From Eledone cirrhosa (lineage: Eukaryota): DNA of 64,000 bases. A model generated the notes under the pieces. That model made no database searches and was not told the origin of the DNA. It worked only from the letters and a program-made list of their open reading frames with translations. Numbering within the stretch: the stretch's first letter is position 1; every line of letters starts with the position of its first letter. The stretch lies in contig OZ024746.1 in the NCBI GenBank assembly GCA_964016885.1, positions 57,660,001 to 57,724,000 on the forward strand, in the 5' to 3' direction. Position numbers and translations under genes: made by a program. Positions 57,685-64,000 of the stretch are shown one piece after another.

Positions 57685-58839
57685 TAATAAATTCCTTTAT
57701 AAAAGCACTTTCATTTTATATTCATCTTTTCTACATTTTCTCCGGAATACAATTTATACTTGTTGAGCAAACCTACACGTACGCTGTTCATCTCTAACGT
57801 GACGATATATTATCACTACAATATTGATAACCTGAAATTTTATATATATATATATATACATATCTCTCGCTAGCCGACCCCCTCTATAGATATAGACATG
57901 GGTGACAACATTACTTTCTGTCTATCTACCTCATCCTAACACCTGGAAAACACACAGCGTTCCTGTTTCTCTCTCTATCTATGTACATAATTGTTTGTTT
58001 CAATATTTTTACACGACTGTACGTAAAATCCCCGGCATATGTCTTTGTATTGTCCCCTTTTATTGTTTCGCCATTGTGGCAAATAAAGATATATATCTAT
58101 GTACATATCTCTCACCTGACGGTCCCACTCTCTACAGAAAGTGAGTGTGACGGAAGGACGGGTGAACAGACAGCGCTATTATTATAATATGTATTAAAAC
58201 TTTGAACTTACAGAAGTGTTTCAGTGCTTATTTGATCAAGCTCAGTGGGTGTGCCGCCTAGTTCAAGTTTACCTATCATCTTTTCACAGTTTAAATATAA
58301 AGTACCAGTCTAGTACAGGGTTCCGTGTTTCCTCCCCCATCTCCACTCTCTCTCTCCCAGTTCATGTTCCTCATTCGCCAGAAGAAATCAGACCTGATAG
58401 AGATGGGCGCCATCAAATGTATATTGCCCAGGGTATCATGGCAGAGAAATCCGGGCTTGCTTTGGGAATTCAGTGGCCACACATGAAGGGATAGATTTCT
58501 CGACATTAGATTAATCTTTTCTGACATTGTTTATCATCACTAAACCATGTCAATTCCATGGATATTTAAAAACCACACGTTTTAAAAGGACAGAAATTCC
58601 CTGACTGATTGTTGTCTGTAAACCATGGAGTTTAAAGATTCAGCATCCAACGTGTATTCTAGCTTCTGTATAACAGGAGTTACAGTTTCACAATTACAAA
58701 TCTAACATTTATCCAATGATCCTCTGTCTAACGTCGAAACAATATTCTCTCATGTTCAAGGTTATATTATCTACATATTTTCCCTCAATAATTATGATTT
58801 AATATTCACAATGTAAGTAACCATATCTGCTGCTCTTGT

Positions 58840-58991
<152 letters not shown>

Positions 58992-59495
58992 CAATATATT
59001 TTGAGAGCTGGTATTAATGATGTGTTAATATGATCACCTGGATTTCGAGAACATAGTACCATATTGAAATTTGTTGAGATGGACAACATAAAGACATATG
59101 TTGATGATGCTGTGTTTGTCACCAGCTGAGCCATTATCGAGCCTGTCTATTACATCTCTTCATTATCAAATGTGTCTATGTATATTGAACATGTCATGAT
59201 TCGCAGGAGATTTTGAGCAGGATTAATAACAGGTACATGTTCCCGCGTTATCAGAATATTCACATGAATAAACTTATCTCATATGATATTTTGTATATGT
59301 AGAACTAAGGAATGTATGTATTCTTAAATATGTTTCCATATATACATGTCATATGTCACATTTTATGATGGTATTAAATAATTTGATACGTACACACACA
59401 AACACACACGCACACACACACACATATATATATATATCCATTAAATTAAGTTACCAAACACTAATTTATATAATAATTTAATTCACAATTGTTTC

Positions 59496-59563
<68 letters not shown>

Positions 59564-62429
59564 AGTGCGTGTGTGTGTGTTGTTTAAGAAGCTAGACGAA
59601 GGGAATCGGTAGATTTCCGTCAATCTCTTACGTACTCAATGATAGACAAGTTTTGTACGTTATAAATACGAATCAGAGTGCACATATACGTTACCCAATA
59701 ACATAAACGACGACTTGCATCTGCTGATATTTGCATATCATATAAATCTGGTCTGTCAACAATAGTTCCATTGTCTACCATTATTCACTTTACAAAGGCA
59801 ATATCTGCAGATATTACATGACTTCGCAGATATTACATTCCAGTCGCTACCATCACAAGTATAAGTTTCAGATATGTGACAGTGACCGCTCCCAAAGATG
59901 AAGTCGGTTGAAAATTGATCATTGATAAAATGGCAGAAAATTCAAAATCTTAAGGGGAAGAAGTAGCTTTTGATATATGCATAAGTAACGAAAATATTTA
60001 AAATGTTATAATATATATTTCTTTTAGTCAAACACCTGTTCCGACGACGATTGATCCAGTTCGAATAACGTAGCAGCCTATTTTAAAAAAAATCAAAGTT
60101 GAAGTGACTGAGAATACCACAAACACGTGTACCTTTAATTCAGTTCTCAGGGAGATACAACATGAGAGAATGAACTCTTGAATTACTCGTAAAACCCCTT
60201 TGATTCAGCTGAACGAATTGGAGCAACATGAAAAGATGTCGGGCTTGGAACAACAAACACACCACTCAGAAACGAACTTATGAATTTATGAACGTTATTT
60301 GAACGCACACTAAACACTAAAGCGTGCGACTTTACATAATACGATTAAATATAATTTCCTTGTTCAGATTTCTGTTATTCAACAAAGAAATGTAAAACAA
60401 GAGAATAATTCAATACAATGATATATTAGTTTAACGCTTGGTAAAGTAAAAAAGAAAGTTTTAACTGCTCGAAATGTCTTCCTTCTGAAGTCAGTATAAG
60501 AGAGAGAAGAAAAATTATTTGGGTGAAAGAACAAACAGGACACACGACTACAGTAAGTAAAGAAGGAAGCGGAGACAAATGTAGATAGAAGAGAAAGAAT
60601 GATTTGTGTTAGTCAACCATCTTGAAACGTGAACATTTCAGAACGAGGCTAGAGTATTAACGAGGTATCAACAAGGCGTCATGGGTGTAGAATAAAATGT
60701 GTTTGTAAGAGTGTGTTTGTAAAAACATTGTAAGTGTATGAAGGATGGAGTTTGTGAGAGACCGTGAAAGTAGTTGTAGAGCTATTTGTCATGTCTTGTT
60801 GGTTGTGAATATACGTACGTGTGTGCTTGTTTATGTGAGTGTGCATGTGAGGTGACAATTGAAGGGTACGACTGTGTAGTTATGTGTGCATATTAATGCA
60901 CACACTATATTAAGACGCCACATTCATATGTTTATGTTCTATGTGAGCAACGATGCGAAAGGCTGAACGCCAATGCGGATATAAAGAGAATGGAAGACGA
61001 TAGGACGTAGTTTGGCAATAAATGTTGGGAATAATCTGACGGAAAAACGGTCCAAGGAAGATCACAAATACAACCTCACACTGAGACAGCACATGCACTT
61101 CAGTACAGACACACGACAACGCAAACGGACTTTAATAAGTACGATTAATTTATAAATACGCGTCATAACTTTAGTAATATTTCTATAGTATAAACTAACG
61201 ATAAGAATGGGAGGAGTAAAACGAACATCACTGTTTTACATACTATGTCTGTGTTCACAAGTATGAATATACACTCTTGACAGGTGCAATGTGTCCGAAC
61301 GCGGAAGAGGCGAACTCCCATCGTCATCCGGCCAATCTCTCTCGCCCTCCCCATCTCTCTGTATAGTGAGCAAATGGGGTCCCACGTGCTGGCCACCCCA
61401 CAGCCCCGGCGGACAGAATGGAGTAGGTGTTCCCCGGAGGATGGTAAGGGAGATGCTCTGGAAGAGCCATTCCATATCGCGAGGCTCACACCTGCGGCTG
61501 GCCAGCTCGGCGCATATGGTGGAGAATAATGCATTCAGACAACGTCTACAAGTGCAAGCATAAATATGTATATATCTATACATGCATATACGCACTTATA
61601 CTCACGTATACTCACATATATAAGTATATTCATTGACGTACGCATACACACTTGTAAACATATGGGAACAAACCAAGGATAGGAGCATGTGTGTTATTGA
61701 TGTATGGAGTGAGTAATGGAAGTGTTACGAGTGTGTATGATACCAGAGTATACAAGTCTACAGGCGTAAGTTAAAAGAAGTCTAAGTCGTGTGTGCTGCG
61801 TGACTGACGAGGGCAATGGTGGAGATATTCCTGTGTGTGCTGTAGGATGTGAATAATATGTGTAAGGTGAAGTGTGCCTGTGTGATGTGTGGTATATTAG
61901 GGTCTTGTGTGATTGAGTATGTTGCTTTGCATGTGTAGGGTGCTATTGGGGATTAGGCCTGTGATTAGGAGCTGGACGAGTGTGTTAAAGTTTTTGTCTG
62001 TGAAATTATATGGTGGCTGATAGTCGAAATATCAATACATGAACCGTTCTGAAACAGGAGATTGGCGGCCCATTGTGCGAGAAGAGGGCGGGGCAGAGAG
62101 GTTTTGTGTCAAGCATCAGAGGGGATGGAGGTGACACACGATAAGAGTTACGTCGTTGACTAATCAAAACTCCCTGTCCCTATATATATATATATATATA
62201 TATATATTTCGTTTCTGAATTTGTTTAGCAAGATTCTTTATCTGAAATTGTGTGTTGAAACCGATATTGTTATACTTTGGGAGGGTCATGTTGCCAATAA
62301 GAAACACACGCACCAGTAGCTTTCACTTCAAATTATTATATATTTATAAATTTATAAAGTTACAAATCTACAAATTTATAAATTTCTGGTTGGTTGGTTG
62401 GTTCCACAACCAGATAGTTGTTTATATAT

Positions 62430-62474
62430 AGTCATAGTCATTTCGTCACACACTCTGTGACCTCTTCAGTGACT
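62430..62474 (-). ncRNA. Minimal type I hammerhead downstream of the PLE ORF
   Basis: AGTCA-CTGAAGA-G-GTCACA-GAGTG-TGTGAC-GAAA-TGAC-TA-TGACT. Confidence 0.75.
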
Positions 62475-62688
62475 GGGGATTCCTTTCTTTGTTTCTGTGC
62501 CTTTCCTTTCTTGTCCTACGCCATTTTGTTTCTGTGTGTGTGTTGTGTGCTCAGTTTGCGCATGCGCCACATCCGGGTGTCTGTGTGTGTTTGTGTTCAT
62601 TTATCTATTTGTTTATTTATTTATTTATTTATTTACATGTTATTGGTTGGTTGTTTGTTCTATGTGTGTGTGTGTTTTCATTTTGTCC

Positions 62689-64000
62689 TTAATTGTAAGT
62701 TGTGATGTTGCTGTTCCACTCATATTTTCTATTTAATTTTGGTTGTAATTCTTTTATGTTTATTGCCTCTGTAATTTGTCTAGACTTTGCATCTTTTCTG
62801 TGTGTAGATTCTATTTTTATTTCTATGTTCTCTAATTTACCCTTGTGTTCTTTCTTAGCATGTTGGGAGAGTACAGATGATTCTTTATTATCTTGAAGGT
62901 CTCGCCAGTGTTCATTTATCCGTTCCCCTATACTACGAGCTGTTTCACCTATGTACACTATATTTTTGTTTCTACATTGTCCTTCAGTACATCTTATGCT
63001 ATACACTACATTTCTAGTTTTACAGTTAATACGGGGGCTTATTTTACAGGTTATACATTTCTTATCTATACATGAGTGTCTTTGAAACGGGTATGTCTTG
63101 CTAATAAGTGTTTTTACGGAGGTACCTGGTGTTTCTACTATCTTAATATTGAGTTTATGTTTATTTAGGGCCCTTCTAAATTTGTAGGCTAGTTCGCCTT
63201 TAGGGGTTGTATCGATGAACATTACAGTCTGGTCTTTATTGCTAGAATACCATGAGTTTATTCTATTGGCCTTGTTCCTAGTTCTTTCTATTCTATTCCA
63301 AAATTTGCTCCTATACAAGGGGCAGGTCCCATTTATGTCATTATTTACCATTTTTTCCCATTTGGTTCTGGCTCTTCTATACACTCTGATTCTATCTCTC
63401 TGATTGTAGCCAGAGAACTGCATACGGTGGATGAAGTGTTCTATGTGTCTCTCTAGTTCTTCGGGGTTGCACATGCGGGACACATTTCTCATCACCCGTA
63501 CCAAATCCGCAATCAGTATGTTGATTTTGGTATGGTCCGAAATGGCCGAGTTTCGGTGGATCAGATGTTTGGAAGTCATGGGTTTGGCATAATGAAAATG
63601 GAGGATTTGTTTTTGGTTGTTAATGGTATCTAACCAGAGCTCTGTGTCTAGTACAGGTAATCGATGGTTGGGGTGTCTACTTGGGTAGTCTATAGTAACT
63701 CTAATGCTCTGGTGGATGGAGTTTGCTATTTGCTGGATGCTTTCCATTGTGTTTTTCTCTAGTTCCTGACTGTTCTCTAGAGGGGGTGTCATAGCTACGA
63801 TGTTTATATCATCTACGTAGCGGGAGTACATTATCAGGGTTAAGCTGTCTTCTAATTGTTCTTTAAGTTTAAGTTTAAGTCTACTGTCCCACCATACCAT
63901 GAATAAGTTAGCTATGTCGCCTGCAATGCTAACACCAATGGCTGCTCCTTCCTCTTGGGCATATGTTTTTCCATTAAATTTGAACATATGTTCCTTAAGG
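62689..64000 (-). CDS. PLE polyprotein C-terminal half (RT, Cys linker, GIY-YIG), open to window edge; Naiad-like (tentative)
   Basis: QEEGAAIGVSIAGDIANLFMVWWD; RYVDD; LPVLD; CIDKKCITC..C; VVY..YIGETARSIGERINEH; RQITEAINI..LNRKYEW. No stop in 432 aa. Confidence 0.92.
   Translation of the reverse strand, partial: LKEHMFKFNGKTYAQEEGAAIGVSIAGDIANLFMVWWDSRLKLKLKEQLEDSLTLIMYSRYVDDINIVAMTPPLENSQELEKNTMESIQQIANSIHQSIRVTIDYPSRHPNHRLPVLDTELWLDTINNQKQILHFHYAKPMTSKHLIHRNSAISDHTKINILIADLVRVMRNVSRMCNPEELERHIEHFIHRMQFSGYNQRDRIRVYRRARTKWEKMVNNDINGTCPLYRSKFWNRIERTRNKANRINSWYSSNKDQTVMFIDTTPKGELAYKFRRALNKHKLNIKIVETPGTSVKTLISKTYPFQRHSCIDKKCITCKISPRINCKTRNVVYSIRCTEGQCRNKNIVYIGETARSIGERINEHWRDLQDNKESSVLSQHAKKEHKGKLENIEIKIESTHRKDAKSRQITEAINIKELQPKLNRKYEWNSNITTYN

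Larger units (their letters stand above)
54941..57840 (-). mobile_element. PLE (YRDD-type) with ~700-bp inverted pLTRs (54941-55638 / 57036-57731) and tail on the right arm
   Basis: Inverted repeat, RT/GIY-YIG ORFs, HHR-like motif in each pLTR. Confidence 0.92.

Noticed and set aside
57865-58290. Possible solo LTR
   Set aside because: No clear TG..CA ends, TSD or second copy in the window.
60400-62170. Possible additional PLE UTR or GC-rich coding segment
   Set aside because: Only compositional resemblance and partial motifs; no diagnostic protein or complete HHR.

Overview
AT-rich eukaryotic, repeat-only DNA with no confidently identifiable host gene. An octopod cephalopod origin is likely, inferred from the SINE family and the (TA)n/(CA)n landscape. 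The window is dominated by decayed Penelope-like retroelements (PLEs: RT plus GIY-YIG) of at least three RT types. It also holds a DD37D (maT-type) Tc1/mariner relic, RTE- and CR1-like LINE fragments and four copies of a tRNA-derived SINE. The main signal is RNA-level: about 30 type I hammerhead ribozyme (HHR) motifs or remnants, read by eye. Two non-coding HHR multimer arrays stand out, a 310-bp unit (11 antisense plus ~3.9 sense copies, 13601-18227) and a 483-bp unit (29908-31438). Both look like retrozyme-type elements. Both share one architecture with the coding PLEs: an antisense arm, an inversion junction and a sense arm, inserted in dinucleotide microsatellite with short AT microhomologies at the ends. 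Most ORF-track entries are microsatellite artefacts. Ribozyme activity and mechanisms are inferred, not tested.
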